In this document: positions 40,713 to 52,061 of the stretch, piece after piece
Layout: each line of letters opens with the position of its first letter
How positions within the stretch are numbered: position 1 is the stretch's first letter
NCBI GenBank assembly: GCA_965223795.1
Contig: CBDCXL010000002.1
Span: forward strand, 800,001-864,000
From: Nitrospinales bacterium
GTDB lineage: Bacteria > Nitrospinota > Nitrospinia > Nitrospinales > VA-1
Length of the DNA: 64,000 bases
Direction of reading: 5' to 3'
Program-made: the position numbers and the translations under genes
The notes under the pieces: model-generated
Databases searched by the model: none
What the model was told of the DNA's origin: nothing
Seen by the model: the letters and a program-made list of their open reading frames with translations, nothing else

Positions 40713-41783
40713 ATGAAAACCTATTTTGTCACCGGCGGCGCCGGGTTCATCGGCTGCAACTTCGTGCTTCACGCGCTTGCCGATCCCGAATGCCGCATCG
40801 TCAACTACGACAAGCTCACTTACGCGGGCAACCGGGAATCGCTGTCCGCGTGCGTGGACAACCCGCGGCATGTGTTTTGCCAGGGCGACATCCGCGACCG
40901 GCAGGCGGTGCTCAAGCTTCTGACGCAGCACAAGCCGGACGCCGTCGTCAACTTCGCGGCGGAATCGCATGTGGACCGTTCGATCGACGGACCCTCCGAG
41001 TTCATTCAAACCAACGTCGTGGGCACTTTCGAGCTGCTGGAAGCGGCGCGCGCCTACTGGGAAAGCCTGAAGAGCGACGCGCGCGGCCGGTTCCGCTTTC
41101 TGCACATCTCCACCGACGAAGTCTACGGTTCGCTCGGCAGCGAAGGCCTGTTCAGGGAGACGACGTCCTACGCCCCCAATTCTCCGTACGCGGCGTCGAA
41201 AGCGGCCTCGGACCACCTGGTGCGCGCGTACCACAAGACGTACGGGCTGCCGGTACTCACGACCAACTGCTCGAACAACTACGGGCCGTTTCAGTTTCCG
41301 GAAAAACTCGTTCCGCTGATGATCCACAACGCCCTCAACGGAAAACCGCTGACGGTGTACGGCGACGGCAGGCACATCCGCGACTGGCTGTACGTGGACG
41401 ACCACTGCCGGGCCCTGTCCTGCGTTCTGCAAAAGGGCGCGGTGGGGGAAGTGTATAACATCGGCGGCGACAATGAAAAAACCAATCTCGAGATGGTGCA
41501 GACGCTGTGCGCGCTCCTCGATGAGCTGGCTGCGGATTCGGGCCACGCGCCGCACCAATCGCTCATCCAGTTCGTCGCCGATCGGCCGGGACACGACCGC
41601 CGCTACGCCATCGACGCCGGTAAAATCAAGCGGGAGCTGGGCTGGGCCGCCAGCGAAACGCTGGCCACGGGCCTCAGGAAAACCGCGGCCTGGTATCTCA
41701 ACAACCGCAAATGGGTGGAACGCGTGATGTCGGGCGCGTACCGGGGCGAGCGGCTGGGCCTGCGCGATGGAGTGAATTCATGA
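40713..41783 (+). CDS. rfbB: dTDP-glucose 4,6-dehydratase
   Basis: [51 protein letters not shown]. Confidence 0.97.
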   Translation: MKTYFVTGGAGFIGCNFVLHALADPECRIVNYDKLTYAGNRESLSACVDNPRHVFCQGDIRDRQAVLKLLTQHKPDAVVNFAAESHVDRSIDGPSEFIQTNVVGTFELLEAARAYWESLKSDARGRFRFLHISTDEVYGSLGSEGLFRETTSYAPNSPYAASKAASDHLVRAYHKTYGLPVLTTNCSNNYGPFQFPEKLVPLMIHNALNGKPLTVYGDGRHIRDWLYVDDHCRALSCVLQKGAVGEVYNIGGDNEKTNLEMVQTLCALLDELAADSGHAPHQSLIQFVADRPGHDRRYAIDAGKIKRELGWAASETLATGLRKTAAWYLNNRKWVERVMSGAYRGERLGLRDGVNS

Positions 41784-42661
41784 TCGAAAAGGGCATCATC
41801 CTGGCGGGCGGGTCGGGCACGCGGCTGTATCCTTTGACCCAGGTGGTGAGCAAGCAGCTCATGCCGCTGTACGACAAGCCGATGATCTACTATCCGTTGA
41901 GCACGCTGATGCTGGCGGGCATCGGCGACATCCTGATCATCACCACGCCGGAGGACCGGCACCTGTTCGAGGCGCTGCTGAAAGACGGGTCGCAATGGGG
42001 CATCCGCATCCGCTACGCGGTGCAGCCGGCGCCGGAAGGGCTGGCGCAGGCGTTTCTCATCGGCCGCGACTTCATCGGCAAGGACGGCTGCTGCCTGATC
42101 CTCGGCGACAACGTGTTCTACGGGCAGGGACTGAGCGGCCTGTTGCAGAAGGCGCGCGCCCGCACTCAGGGGGCCACGGTGTTCGGATACTGGGTCAACG
42201 ACCCGCAGAACTACGGCATCCCCGAGTTCGACGCGGCGGGCAAGGTGGTGCGCATCGAGGAGAAGCCCGCCGAGCCCAAGTCCAACTACGCCATCACCGG
42301 CCTGTATTTTTACGACAACAGCGTCGTGGACATCGCTGCGGGGCTCACGCCCTCGGCGCGCGGCGAGCTGGAGATCACCGACGTCAACAAGGCGTACCTC
42401 GATAAAAACCGGTTGACGCTGGAGAAGATGGGGCGCGGGTTCGCCTGGCTGGACACGGGGTCGCACGATTCCCTGCTGGCGGCGGCCAATTTCATCGAGA
42501 CCATCGAGAACCGGCAGGGACTCAAGGTCTGCTGCCCGGAGGAGATCGCCTACCGCACCGGGCGGATTTCCAAAGAGGACCTGAAGGCTCTGGCGCAGCC
42601 GTTTAAAAACAACGGCTACGGCGCGTATCTGTTGTCCCTGACCCGTCAGGTGGACCGGTGA
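41780..42661 (+). CDS. rfbA: glucose-1-phosphate thymidylyltransferase
   Basis: [42 protein letters not shown]. Confidence 0.97.
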   Translation: MIEKGIILAGGSGTRLYPLTQVVSKQLMPLYDKPMIYYPLSTLMLAGIGDILIITTPEDRHLFEALLKDGSQWGIRIRYAVQPAPEGLAQAFLIGRDFIGKDGCCLILGDNVFYGQGLSGLLQKARARTQGATVFGYWVNDPQNYGIPEFDAAGKVVRIEEKPAEPKSNYAITGLYFYDNSVVDIAAGLTPSARGELEITDVNKAYLDKNRLTLEKMGRGFAWLDTGSHDSLLAAANFIETIENRQGLKVCCPEEIAYRTGRISKEDLKALAQPFKNNGYGAYLLSLTRQVDR

Positions 42662-42722
42662 ACGGTTTTCCCCGCTGCTCTTGCACCCTGCCCTCGCATT
42701 TCTTATTCCTTCGGCTCGACGC

Positions 42723-43616
42723 ATGCGCATTCTTTTGACCGGGAAAACCGGGCAGATCGGCTGGGAGCTGGCGCGGCTTCTGCCGGGCTTCGGCGAGCTT
42801 CACGCGACCGGCCGGGACGAGCTCGATCTAGCGAATCCAGAGAGCATCCGTGAAGCGGTGCGGCGCTTCCGACCCAACCTGATCGTCAACGCCGCCGCCT
42901 ACACGGACGTCAACCGGGCCGAAAGCGAGCCGGATCGCGCGCAGGCGCTGAACGCGGATGCGGTGGCCCATTTGGCCGCCGAGGCGAAAACCTGCGGCGC
43001 GGCGCTGGTGCAATACTCGACGGATTACGTGTTCGACGGTTTGAAAACCACGGGACCCTATGTGGAAGACGATGCGACCGGTCCCCGCAGCGTCTACGGC
43101 AGCAGCAAGCTGGCAGGGGAAGCGGAGCTGCGGGCGGCGGGGATTCCGCATCTGATCCTGCGCACGAGCTGGGTGTACGGCGGGCGCGGAAAGAACTTTT
43201 TCCTGCTGGTGCGCAAACTGGCGGCGGAGCGCGACACGCTGACCATGGTGGACGACCAGACCGGCGCGCCGACCTGGTGCCGCTCCATCGCCGAAGCGAC
43301 GCTTGAGATCCTGCGCCGGTGGGTCCCGCCCGGAACCCATGAGCCGGACGAGGAACGGTCGGGGACCTATCACCTGTCGTGCGGCGGCGAGACCACCTGG
43401 TTCGGCTTCGCCAACGCCATCCTGGAAGGATCGAACCTGGGAAATAAACCTCGAGTCACGCCCATCGCCACGTCGGAATTCCCGACCCCGGCGGTGCGCC
43501 CGCCCTACTCGGTGCTCAGCAACGAAAAACTGCACCGCGCGTTCGGCGTGCGGCTGCCGCACTGGCGCGACGCGCTCCATCGATGTCTGGAGTCGGGTTT
43601 TGCGGAAACGGCGTGA
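42723..43616 (+). CDS. rfbD: dTDP-4-dehydrorhamnose reductase
   Basis: TGKTGQIG, NAAAYT, STDYVFDG, YGSSKLAGE, DDQTGAPT. Confidence 0.95.
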   Translation: MRILLTGKTGQIGWELARLLPGFGELHATGRDELDLANPESIREAVRRFRPNLIVNAAAYTDVNRAESEPDRAQALNADAVAHLAAEAKTCGAALVQYSTDYVFDGLKTTGPYVEDDATGPRSVYGSSKLAGEAELRAAGIPHLILRTSWVYGGRGKNFFLLVRKLAAERDTLTMVDDQTGAPTWCRSIAEATLEILRRWVPPGTHEPDEERSGTYHLSCGGETTWFGFANAILEGSNLGNKPRVTPIATSEFPTPAVRPPYSVLSNEKLHRAFGVRLPHWRDALHRCLESGFAETA

Positions 43617-43628
43617 CGGCGGGATCGC

Positions 43629-44993
43629 TCAGACCGGCAGTCCGAGAGCCTGAAGGCGGCGCTTGTACTTCTGCCCGATGAACGCGGCGTTGTAGTACAA
43701 CCTTAAAGTGTCGCGGCCTTCGCGGGCGATCGATTCGCGAAAATCATCCTGCTCCACCAGGCGCTGCATGAACCACGCCGCCTGATCCACATCCGGATCG
43801 GCCCACTCCTGGCCCTGGGCGAAAAGGTATTCCCCCTCGCGCACCGGCACCAGCTCGCAATCCACCAGACAGGCGTTGCCTTCGTGCATGAAATCGGTGT
43901 TGCCGGAGTAGCCGGTGGCGATCACCGGCTTGCCCAGCAGCATGCTCTGCGCCATGCAAAGGCCGATGCCCTCGGAGCGGTGCAGGGACACGAACGCGTC
44001 GCACTGCTGAAACAGCCCGGCCATCGCCTGCCACGGCAGAGACCGGTCGAGGTGCACGATTCTCGCATCGCTGGCGACGCTTTCTTCAAGCTGCTGCTTT
44101 TGCTCGGGAAACCGGACGCCGTCCATCGATTTGATCACCAGGGCCACGGACCGGTTTGTATCGGGAAAGGCCTGCTTGAACGCTTCGATGCAGGCGAGCG
44201 GATTTTTGCGGGCGAAACCGGATTTGAAGTCGAACGCGAACAGAAACAGGAAGGTGTTTTCGGGCAGTCCCAGCCGCTTGCGGTCCCAGGTGCCGGGAGC
44301 GCGGTCCAGCTCGATGGCGAAAGGAGCGTGGATGACCGGGCGGTTCGACTTGGCGGCGATGGCGGACTGAATGAAACGTGAAGGGCACCACACTTCGTCG
44401 AGAAAATCCAGCGACTTGCTCCAGGCGTCCGGAAATTCGGCCAGCTCCCAGGTCCAGTAGCCGATGTTGTAGCGGCCGCGGACGCAGGATTCCCCCAATT
44501 GCACCACGGCGCCGGGCATCTGGTCGGGTTTTAAGTGAAAGAGGTTGACGTTGTAGGGATTGTCCTCGCGCAGATGGTCCCTGAAGCGTTCGTCGCCGGC
44601 GTCGAGCGGCAGCGCGCAGGGAAATTCCAGCAGGGAAAAGCCGATGCGGGCCGTGAGGAAGGAGCGCGCGGTCTGGCGCAGAAACTCGCCGTCGCCGATG
44701 CGCACGCGGGGAAAGCCGATCAGGTTGACGCCGGGCAGCAGCGGCGGCGCACCCGGATTCACGAGGGAGCCCGCGGCCGCTGCGCAATGCGGCAGACGCC
44801 GGTCTTCGGCGGTGTGGCTGCTCCGGTAAAAATTGTCGAACACCCATTCGGTGAAGCCGCGTTTCAGACGCGACCGCAGTCCGGGATCGACCCAGTGCAG
44901 CAGGGGCTTGATCCGTTCCGCGGATTGAGAGAGCGATTGGAAAACCCGCCTGCCGCCGGACAGGGCGAATCGGGGTACGCGCAATGAGTTCAT
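43629..44993 (-). CDS. GT4-type glycosyltransferase
   Basis: GYWTWEL, RKNPLACIEAF, SLHRSEGIGL, IATGYSGNTDF. The start codon is uncertain. Confidence 0.88.
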   Translation of the reverse strand: MNSLRVPRFALSGGRRVFQSLSQSAERIKPLLHWVDPGLRSRLKRGFTEWVFDNFYRSSHTAEDRRLPHCAAAAGSLVNPGAPPLLPGVNLIGFPRVRIGDGEFLRQTARSFLTARIGFSLLEFPCALPLDAGDERFRDHLREDNPYNVNLFHLKPDQMPGAVVQLGESCVRGRYNIGYWTWELAEFPDAWSKSLDFLDEVWCPSRFIQSAIAAKSNRPVIHAPFAIELDRAPGTWDRKRLGLPENTFLFLFAFDFKSGFARKNPLACIEAFKQAFPDTNRSVALVIKSMDGVRFPEQKQQLEESVASDARIVHLDRSLPWQAMAGLFQQCDAFVSLHRSEGIGLCMAQSMLLGKPVIATGYSGNTDFMHEGNACLVDCELVPVREGEYLFAQGQEWADPDVDQAAWFMQRLVEQDDFRESIAREGRDTLRLYYNAAFIGQKYKRRLQALGLPV

Positions 44994-45341
44994 GGAGATC
45001 CTGTTCTCGGGAAAATATGCTGCCTTCGCGAGATGGTATTTACCTTCTCTGTTAAACAGATCGGGTATTTTGAAAAAACCTGTAACGAAAAATTCGGATT
45101 CTTTTTTTTTAAATTTTTTTTGTGGGGAAACGCACAGAAAAAAGCGGCCGAAAGCGCTTTGCGGCGGTTTACAGGACATCCGCTTTCGCATAAAATAAGC
45201 GCAAAAGTATCAAGTTCCTTTTTTCAGCATCCGAAAAAACAATAGATATGTGTCTGGGTTTTTGGAGGGGCCCCGGCGCTTTGAATGTTTCGTTCCCGCC
45301 GCATGAAAGCGGTGTGCGCGCCCGAACCGGAGGAGACCCGC

Positions 45342-46331
45342 TTGGATACGATTCAAGAGAAACTGATCCCTCATTCCAAACCTGGAAGCCGTAAGGCGAA
45401 GATCGCCGTCATCGTTCCCGCCTACAACGAATCGCAGAACCTCAAACTTTTTTTCGACGAACTCAATCTGGCCATCGAAGCTCTGGACGGGTATTTCTGG
45501 GAGATCGTGTTCGTCGACGACGGCAGCACCGACGGCACCTGGAACACGATCGAAGACCTGGCCCGATTCGACCCCAGGATCAAGGGCGTGTCCCTGTCGC
45601 GCAACTTCGGCAAGGAAATCGCGCTCACGGCCGGAGTGGAAGCGGTGGGCAGCGTCGATGCGGTGGTCTGCATCGATGCGGACCTGCAGCACCCGCCGTC
45701 CCTGATCGGCAAACTGGTGACGGAATGGGAGAAGGGCTACCATGTGGTCGCCACGAAACGCAGCGCGATCCGCTATTCCTGGCTCAGGCAGATGGGAGCG
45801 AAGCTGTTCTACTTCATGCTGAACCGCTATTCGGACCTCAAGACGCAGGCAAAGGTCACGGATTTCCGCCTGCTCGACAAGGAAGTGCTGAAAGTCCTGC
45901 GCACGTTCGAAGAGCGCACGCGTTTTTTCCGCGGCATCATCGACTGGATGGGCTTCCGCAAAACCTTCGTCACGTTTTCCTCACCGGCGCGCGCGAACGG
46001 CAGTTCCACCTTCAACTTCCGCGACCTGGTCAACCTTGCGGTCAACTCGTTCACCTCGTTTTCGCTGCTGCCGCTGCGCATCACCGGCTGGCTCGGGATC
46101 GTGGTGCTCACGCTGTCGCTTTCGGTGCTGTTCTACATGGTGATCACGCAGTTCGCTTTCGGCGCGATCTACACCCCGCTGGCGTATTTCGTGGTCTTCA
46201 ACACGCTGCTGTTCGGCGTGGTGCTGGCGGCGCTGGGCATGATCGCGCTCTACATCGGCCACATTCACACGGAAGTGGTGCGGCGGCCCCTCTATATTGT
46301 CCAGGAGCGTATCGGATTCACGCATGAGTGA
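45342..46331 (+). CDS. polyprenol-phosphate glycosyltransferase (GtrB/ArnC-like GT2)
   Basis: VPAYNE, VDDGSTD, SRNFGKE, IDADLQHPP, two C-terminal TM helices. TTG follows AGGAG. Confidence 0.9.
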   Translation: MDTIQEKLIPHSKPGSRKAKIAVIVPAYNESQNLKLFFDELNLAIEALDGYFWEIVFVDDGSTDGTWNTIEDLARFDPRIKGVSLSRNFGKEIALTAGVEAVGSVDAVVCIDADLQHPPSLIGKLVTEWEKGYHVVATKRSAIRYSWLRQMGAKLFYFMLNRYSDLKTQAKVTDFRLLDKEVLKVLRTFEERTRFFRGIIDWMGFRKTFVTFSSPARANGSSTFNFRDLVNLAVNSFTSFSLLPLRITGWLGIVVLTLSLSVLFYMVITQFAFGAIYTPLAYFVVFNTLLFGVVLAALGMIALYIGHIHTEVVRRPLYIVQERIGFTHE

Positions 46332-47322
46332 GGCGCCGGTATTTTCCATCGTCATTCCCTTCAAGACCTGGTCCGGGGACCTCAACGAATGCCTGGAGCA
46401 CATCCGGCGGCTCACGTTCACCGATTATGAAGTGATCCTGCTGCCGGACGATCCGGCGGATGTGCCGGAAGCCTTCTCCGGCATGCCCATTTGCGTGCTG
46501 CCGACGGGAGAGGTCAACCCGGCGATCAAGCGGGACCGGGGCGCGGCGCAGGCACGGGGCGAGTTTCTCGCGTTCATCGACGACGACGCCTACCCGCAGT
46601 CGGACTGGCTCTCTGTCGCCAACAACATGTTTCGGGACCGCGACGACGTGGGCGCGATCGGCGGACCGGCGATCACGCCGAAAAACGATCCCTTCTGGGC
46701 GCGCGTCTCCGGCGCGGTGTTTCTGAGCCCGGCCTCCGGCGGCAACCCGGAGCGCTATATCCCCTGCCCGCCCGGACACACAGTGGACGACTGGCCGAGC
46801 GTCAACCTCATCGTACGCAAGGACTTGTTCCTGCAAGCGGGCGGGTTCGACTCGAATTACTGGCCGGGAGAGGACACGCTGTTCTGCATGAAGCTGGTGG
46901 AAACCACCGGCACACGCATCGCCTATGTGCCGGACCTGATCGTCTGGCACCACCGGCGGGCGGGACTGCCCAAGCACCTGCGCCAGGTGGGAAACTACGG
47001 CCTGCACCGCGGGTTTTTCGCCAAACGCTACCCCAAAACCTCGCGGCGGCTGAAGTATTTCATTCCCGCCCTTTGGGTGGGGTTCGTGGTGATCGGCCTG
47101 ATCCTGTCGATGCTTTCCAAATGGGCCGGCATCCTGTACGTGTCGGGCTGGGCGCTTTATCTTCTGGCGCTGGCGGTTTCCTGGAAGGACATCCGGCGGC
47201 ACGAGCCGGTGAGCGTGGCCGCCGGGGCGCTGCCCTACATCGTGCTGACGCACATCTGGTACGGGGTGCAGTTCATGCAAGGATTCACGCTCGATGAGCT
47301 GAAAAGCTCGCTGGGGCGATGA
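46324..47322 (+). CDS. GT2 family glycosyltransferase with C-terminal TM segments
   Basis: FSIVIP, AFIDDDAYP, WPGEDT, WHHRR. Confidence 0.88.
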   Translation: MSEAPVFSIVIPFKTWSGDLNECLEHIRRLTFTDYEVILLPDDPADVPEAFSGMPICVLPTGEVNPAIKRDRGAAQARGEFLAFIDDDAYPQSDWLSVANNMFRDRDDVGAIGGPAITPKNDPFWARVSGAVFLSPASGGNPERYIPCPPGHTVDDWPSVNLIVRKDLFLQAGGFDSNYWPGEDTLFCMKLVETTGTRIAYVPDLIVWHHRRAGLPKHLRQVGNYGLHRGFFAKRYPKTSRRLKYFIPALWVGFVVIGLILSMLSKWAGILYVSGWALYLLALAVSWKDIRRHEPVSVAAGALPYIVLTHIWYGVQFMQGFTLDELKSSLGR

Positions 47323-47364
47323 AACGGTTCTTTCGCAATGACGTATCTGTTTTAAGAGGAAGTT

Positions 47365-48006
47365 TTGCTGCACAAAGTGGTCCAGATCCGCAACCTGTCG
47401 CCCTCGGCCTACGTGATCCGGCTGGAGCGCAATGGATTCCAGTTCAAGCCGGGACAGTGCGTGAACCTGGGACTCAAAGGCAGCGGCGTCAACCGGGAGT
47501 ACTCGACCTATTCGGGCTCGCAGGACGGCTACCTGGAGTTTCTCATTAAGGAGGTGCCCGGCGGAACGGTGTCGCCGGCGCTGCGCCGGGTGGCCGTGGA
47601 TGCGGAGGTGGAGGTGTTCGGCCCGTACGGCTCGTTCGTCCTCGACCCGGAGAAAGCGGCCAGCCACCGGTTCGTGTTCATCGGCACGGGCACGGGAATC
47701 GCGCCGTTTCACTCGTTCGTGCGCAGCTATCCGGGTCTCGACTACACGATCATAAACGGCATCCGCACGCTCAGCGAGCGGTACGACTACGCGGACTACG
47801 ATTCGGCGCGCATCACCTGCTGCGTGTCGCGGGAAAACGGCGGCGGGTTTGACGGGCGGGTGACGGAGTATCTCAAGGCGGGCGAACTCTGCACCGCAAG
47901 CATCTATTATCTGTGCGGCAACCAGAGCATGATCCACGACGTGTACGATCTTCTGCGCGCGCGCGGTGTCTCGGGAAACCAGATCTTTACGGAAGCGTTT
48001 TTTTAG
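47365..48006 (+). CDS. FNR-like FAD/NAD(P)-binding oxidoreductase
   Basis: FKPGQ, REYS, GTGTGIAPF, YLCGN, FTEAFF. TTG follows GAGGA. Confidence 0.9.
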   Translation: MLHKVVQIRNLSPSAYVIRLERNGFQFKPGQCVNLGLKGSGVNREYSTYSGSQDGYLEFLIKEVPGGTVSPALRRVAVDAEVEVFGPYGSFVLDPEKAASHRFVFIGTGTGIAPFHSFVRSYPGLDYTIINGIRTLSERYDYADYDSARITCCVSRENGGGFDGRVTEYLKAGELCTASIYYLCGNQSMIHDVYDLLRARGVSGNQIFTEAFF

Positions 48007-48085
48007 GCGAATAATTCCAACCCGGCGGGCAAATGCGCTAAAGTAGCAGCCGCGCACGGGATCGTTCACTCACTCATCCATCCTC

Positions 48086-49600
48086 ATGAAAATAGCCATC
48101 TCCTATCCCCCCATTGTCAACGCCGACGGCCAGAAGGCCATGGTGTCGCAGAACCGCAATGTGCAGTTTTTCAAAAAGCCCACCTACCTGCTGCCGGTGG
48201 TGCACGGGCAGGCGGCCACCTGGCTGAAGGAGCTGGGCTACGACGTGCTGTGGGACGACGGCAACGCGCAGCTCAAGACCTTCGAGCAGTGGTATACCGA
48301 CCTCATCGCCTGGAGACCGGATGTGGTGGTGTTCGAGAGCACGACGCCGGTGATGAAGTTTTACTGGCGGCTGGTGGACCGCCTCAAGGGAGACCTGCCG
48401 AACACGGTCGTCATCATGACCGGCTACCACTCGATGCGCCGCCCGCAGGAGACGCTGGAACAAAGCGCGACGGACATCGTCCTGCGCAGCAATCACATCG
48501 ATTTCGTGCTGCGCAAGCTCATCCCGTATCTGGACGAGCACAGCGGCTGGCGGGATCACTGCCCGATCGAAGGGCTGACCATCCGCCGCGACGAAAAGGA
48601 ATATCTCGACACGGGCAATTTCAAGCAGGTGGAACCGCTCGATCTTTCCCCGGACGTGGACCGGAACCTGGTGCAGTGGAAAAACTACGCTTTCGAGAAC
48701 GGTAATTTTCTGCAAACGCCGGGAACCTACGCGACCAGCGTGATCCGCGACTGCATGTTCGGCAAATGCACGTTCTGCCGCTACAATGGGCCGGACCTGA
48801 CGTTTTCGATGCGTTCGGTGGAAAAGAGCCTGGACGAGTACCAGAGGCTGGTGGAGGAGCACGGCGTGCGCGAGATTTTCGACGATTCGGGCGTCTGGTA
48901 CCGGGGCGCGGAAGCGCGGCAGTTCGCCAAAGGCATCATCGACCGCGGCCTGCACAAGAAGGACTGCTATTTCGGGTTCAACACGCGTTTCGGTTACCTG
49001 GACGAGGAGACCGTGGCGCTGCTGGCCAAGGCGAACTTCCGTTTCATTCTGATCGGCCTGGAAGCGAGCGACGAAGAAACGCTGGCGCGCCTCAACAAGG
49101 GCTACGGCGTTGACGATGCGGAACACAACTTAAAGCTTTACACGAAGTACGGATTGTTCCCGCACCTGACGATCATGGTCGGCTATTACTGGCAGACCCG
49201 CGCGCAGTTGATGCAGACGGTGAACTCGGTGCGGCGGCTGATGTTCAAGGGGCTGGCGCGCACGCTGCAGGTGACGCTGTGCACGCCGCTGGATTACACG
49301 CCCTATCACCAGGAGTGCATCGACAACGGTGTGCTGCTGGCCGAGGATTACGACGAGTTCGACATGAGCAGGCTCATCGTCAAGACCCCGATCCCCCACG
49401 ATGAGTATTACCAGGCGGTGCGGCAGATGTATGGCATCGCCTTCCACCCGCGGTTCATATCCCGGCAGCTCCAGTTTCTGTCCAGGCGGAGCAAGACGGA
49501 CTGGCAGTTTCTGTTCACCTACGGCAGCCGCGCCATCCGCCGGGTGCGCCAGCACGTGTTCAACCTGACCAAACACCAGGGAAAACCTGCAAGTTTATAA
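48086..49600 (+). CDS. B12-binding domain radical SAM protein
   Basis: N-terminal cobalamin-binding-like domain, RDCMFGKCTFC (CX4CX2C), FDDSG, IGLEAS. Confidence 0.88.
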   Translation: MKIAISYPPIVNADGQKAMVSQNRNVQFFKKPTYLLPVVHGQAATWLKELGYDVLWDDGNAQLKTFEQWYTDLIAWRPDVVVFESTTPVMKFYWRLVDRLKGDLPNTVVIMTGYHSMRRPQETLEQSATDIVLRSNHIDFVLRKLIPYLDEHSGWRDHCPIEGLTIRRDEKEYLDTGNFKQVEPLDLSPDVDRNLVQWKNYAFENGNFLQTPGTYATSVIRDCMFGKCTFCRYNGPDLTFSMRSVEKSLDEYQRLVEEHGVREIFDDSGVWYRGAEARQFAKGIIDRGLHKKDCYFGFNTRFGYLDEETVALLAKANFRFILIGLEASDEETLARLNKGYGVDDAEHNLKLYTKYGLFPHLTIMVGYYWQTRAQLMQTVNSVRRLMFKGLARTLQVTLCTPLDYTPYHQECIDNGVLLAEDYDEFDMSRLIVKTPIPHDEYYQAVRQMYGIAFHPRFISRQLQFLSRRSKTDWQFLFTYGSRAIRRVRQHVFNLTKHQGKPASL

Positions 49601-49668
49601 GCCTTGATCCTCATGGGTTTTTGAATATCATTTATCCTTCATAAGTTCATCATTTGCAGAACTGCCCA

Positions 49669-50859
49669 ATGAATATTTTAGTACTCCACAGGTATCCCAT
49701 TGACCTTGCAATTGGCACGAACCCTTCTTTTCCGTACATGCTTGAGCGACTGTATAACTTTGCAGATGACGTTACTCTAATCAGTTTTAAGGGAAACACT
49801 AAAAATAAATTTCCTAAAATAAAATTCAAAGAATTGAGATTTTCATTCGACAGAGGAAATTCTATTGACAAACTATTCAAATCTATCCTTTGGCTCTTTC
49901 TGTCTCCCCTAGTTGCAAGAAGTGTCGCTAAAAAAAATAATATTGACCTGATATATTGCGACGATTCTATTCCGTATTATCCTTATTTCATTAAAATCCT
50001 GGTCGGCAAAAAAACGAAAGTTGTGATGCGCTTGGGAGATTTACAGACAGGGTACTTTTTTGCCGACCAAGGATTTATTAAAAAAATATTTTTTCATGTT
50101 TTTCATTATTTTGAATTGGTTGCATGGAGGAAAATTGATTGGATCATAGCAATCAGCAATCCATTCAGAAAATATGTTGAAAAAGAAGGAATTGACCCAA
50201 ATAAAATTTTTGTCGTCAAAGAAAGCATCAATCTTGATTCTTTCTACCCAATGACTTCAAGAATGAGGGAACAATACAATATCGAAGATAATGCGATTGT
50301 CATCATGTTTCATGGTGCCATTGAAAAAAGCAAAGGTGTCGAAGTTTTACTTGATGCCGCACAGAAAATAATGCCCAAGCACAATGAGCTTTACTTGTTA
50401 ATTGTTGGAAACGGCACTGCATTCAATGAAATTAGAAATAAAGGGGAACAAGGGAGATATAAAGATCGAATAATATTTACGGGTTGGGTTGAGCTAAATA
50501 AAATTCCCGAATTTTTAAACGCTGCAGATATAGGAATTGCTTTAAGAAACGAAAATATAGGAAATAATTTTGTTGTCACTACCGCGCTCATGCAGTACTG
50601 GGCCTGTGAAAAACCTCTATTGGCTCCTGATTTAGCGGCAATTCAAGAAATCGTTGTGGATGGAGAGAACGCCATATTATTCAAAAAAGGCAACTCTGAT
50701 GACCTTGCAGAAAAAATCGATGAAATCATAAAGAACAGGGATCGATGGCAATCTATGGGAAAACTTGGAAGAAAAACCGTGCGTGAGAATTTTGATAAAA
50801 CCAAAGTGGCTCAAGATATGGTGGACTTGTTATCTCAGTTCGCAATCTTACAAGACTAA
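49669..50859 (+). CDS. GT4 family glycosyltransferase (AT-rich)
   Basis: FHGAIEKSKGVE, IVGNG, FTGWV, EIVVDGENAILF. Confidence 0.88.
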   Translation: MNILVLHRYPIDLAIGTNPSFPYMLERLYNFADDVTLISFKGNTKNKFPKIKFKELRFSFDRGNSIDKLFKSILWLFLSPLVARSVAKKNNIDLIYCDDSIPYYPYFIKILVGKKTKVVMRLGDLQTGYFFADQGFIKKIFFHVFHYFELVAWRKIDWIIAISNPFRKYVEKEGIDPNKIFVVKESINLDSFYPMTSRMREQYNIEDNAIVIMFHGAIEKSKGVEVLLDAAQKIMPKHNELYLLIVGNGTAFNEIRNKGEQGRYKDRIIFTGWVELNKIPEFLNAADIGIALRNENIGNNFVVTTALMQYWACEKPLLAPDLAAIQEIVVDGENAILFKKGNSDDLAEKIDEIIKNRDRWQSMGKLGRKTVRENFDKTKVAQDMVDLLSQFAILQD

Positions 50860-50993
50860 ATTCTATCACTTTCTATCGAAGCATATTTTGGCATTTAAGA
50901 ATTTAATCTTATTCATCCTACATAATCGAGAAGCCAAAATTCGACGCATTTTCTTTTCATTATTTTAGTGGACTTGTAGATTTTAAGTGAAAA

Positions 50994-52049
50994 ATGGAAT
51001 TTTCTTGTGAAGTGTCCATAGTCATTGTGAATTTTAATGGTTTTTCCTACACCGAGCGGTGCATCGATAGTGTTTTAAAATGCCATTTTGATTCTGCAGA
51101 AATCATTGTTGTCGACAATGGGTCAAGTGATGGAAGTCCGGAAAAGTTAAGGCAAAAATTCAGAGCCAAAATAAAAGTTCTTTGTCTTGAGAAAAACTTT
51201 GGTCCATCAAAAGCACGCAATGAAGGTGTTCGGATGGCAAAAGGAAGATATCTTGGCTTTCTCGACAATGACACTATTGTAGACCCTCAATTTATAATTG
51301 AAGCAATTCAAGTATTTCGATCTAATCTCAAAATCGGCGCAGTGCAATGCAAGCTTCTTTTAATGGACAACCCCGAACAGATTGACTATGTAGGTGAATA
51401 TATAGGAACCAACGGCTTTCTAGTACAAGTGGCTCCTGCCGGCACTGTTGACAAAGGTCAATTTGACAGGCAATACCCTATTCTGGCGGCGAAATCTGCT
51501 GGTATGTTTATTAGCCGCGAAGCATTTGAGGCTGCAGGTGGTTTCGATGAAGACTATTTTATATATGTCGAGGAAACAGACCTTGGCTGGAGAACATGGT
51601 TATCGGGATATTCGGTGGTATTTGCTCCAGGCTCGATCGTCTACCATAAATTTGGAACTAGCTCTGTGATTTTGGGGAAAGACAAAAATGACTTCAACGC
51701 AAAGTTCCATGGCTCAAAAAATTATATTCTCACTCTTCTTAAAAATTTCGGGTTTAAAAATCTTTGCATGATTTTACCCATACATATTTTTTTGTGGCTT
51801 GGGCTTGCTTGGTTCAGTTTTTTTTCAGGTCGATGGCGGCAATGCTGGTGGATTCATAAAGGCATTGCCTGGAACATTTCAAATTTTCCCAAATCCATAA
51901 AAAAGAGGAGCATTATCCAAAAACAACGATCCATCGCAGACAAAGAGTTGTTCCATACAATGATGCGCAAAAAAAATTTCACCTACTTTCTTTCGAAAGC
52001 GTTTAAACGCCACAAATTCGGCAATGCCGAAGGTTTTATCAAGTCATAA
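50994..52049 (+). CDS. GT2 family glycosyltransferase
   Basis: IVIVNFNG, VDNGSSD, FLDNDT, YVEETDLGWR. Confidence 0.9.
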   Translation: MEFSCEVSIVIVNFNGFSYTERCIDSVLKCHFDSAEIIVVDNGSSDGSPEKLRQKFRAKIKVLCLEKNFGPSKARNEGVRMAKGRYLGFLDNDTIVDPQFIIEAIQVFRSNLKIGAVQCKLLLMDNPEQIDYVGEYIGTNGFLVQVAPAGTVDKGQFDRQYPILAAKSAGMFISREAFEAAGGFDEDYFIYVEETDLGWRTWLSGYSVVFAPGSIVYHKFGTSSVILGKDKNDFNAKFHGSKNYILTLLKNFGFKNLCMILPIHIFLWLGLAWFSFFSGRWRQCWWIHKGIAWNISNFPKSIKKRSIIQKQRSIADKELFHTMMRKKNFTYFLSKAFKRHKFGNAEGFIKS

Positions 52050-52061
52050 CAGGAGTTCGCA

